DNA from: Nitrospirota bacterium
GTDB lineage: Bacteria; JACPQY01
Assembly (NCBI GenBank): GCA_016180645.1
Contig: JACPAV010000020.1
Coordinates: 62,001 to 118,817, forward strand
Direction: 5' to 3'
DNA: 56,817 bases
The notes below the pieces were generated by a model, which was given only the letters and a program-made list of their open reading frames with translations, was not told where the DNA came from and searched no databases. This document shows positions 56,741 to 56,817 of this stretch, in pieces (the stretch's first letter is position 1; every line of letters begins with the position of its first letter). The translations under genes and the position numbers were made by a program.

Positions 56741-56817
56741 ATCGTCCTCGTCCCTCAAAGTATCTTTTAGCATACGGAGCATAGGTTGTCACTACGACCA
56801 CGAGTGGACCCTCGTAT
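56712..56817 (-). CDS. Partial upstream partner (DUF4258-like toxin C-terminus)
   Basis: LVVVVTTYAPYAKRY; overlaps the DUF2283 start; truncated by the window edge. Confidence 0.45.
   Translation of the reverse strand, partial: YEGPLVVVVTTYAPYAKRYFEGRGRYEDRIFKDR

Noticed and set aside
1-56817. tRNA, rRNA, integrase or att site
   Set aside because: None recognised by eye; element boundaries cannot be fixed from this window

Overview
High-GC bacterial window dominated by a ~48-kb block (2745-51052) of co-oriented + strand genes typical of an ICE or megaplasmid backbone. The block encodes SSB, RNase H, a macro domain, a HAD phosphatase, a PD-(D/E)XK nuclease, a SLOG protein, a C5 methyltransferase, two PAPS-reductase-like proteins, a PRTRC ubiquitin-like operon, a GHKL ATPase, RadC, ParB, a DUF6094-type methyltransferase with an SF2 helicase, a beta clamp, a DnaG-like primase, toxin-antitoxin pairs and many small hypothetical proteins. 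No integrase, relaxase, T4SS or capsid gene is visible. The block is flanked by a CAAX-protease gene and a 22-bp-phased repeat array on the left, and by a giant RCC1/Ig lipoprotein gene and a DUF2283 pair on the right. Most notable signals: (1) a ~608-nt ORF-free, heavily base-paired candidate large ncRNA at 3611-4218, plus a smaller candidate at 14002-14146; (2) several short palindromic elements that nest inside each other and sit in-frame inside genes, with measurable net lengths often multiples of 3; (3) four conserved genes apparently starting at CTG, ATC or ACG; (4) a second, short clamp-like protein and several clamp-binding-like tails. All calls are by-eye motif recognition; no database searches were run.
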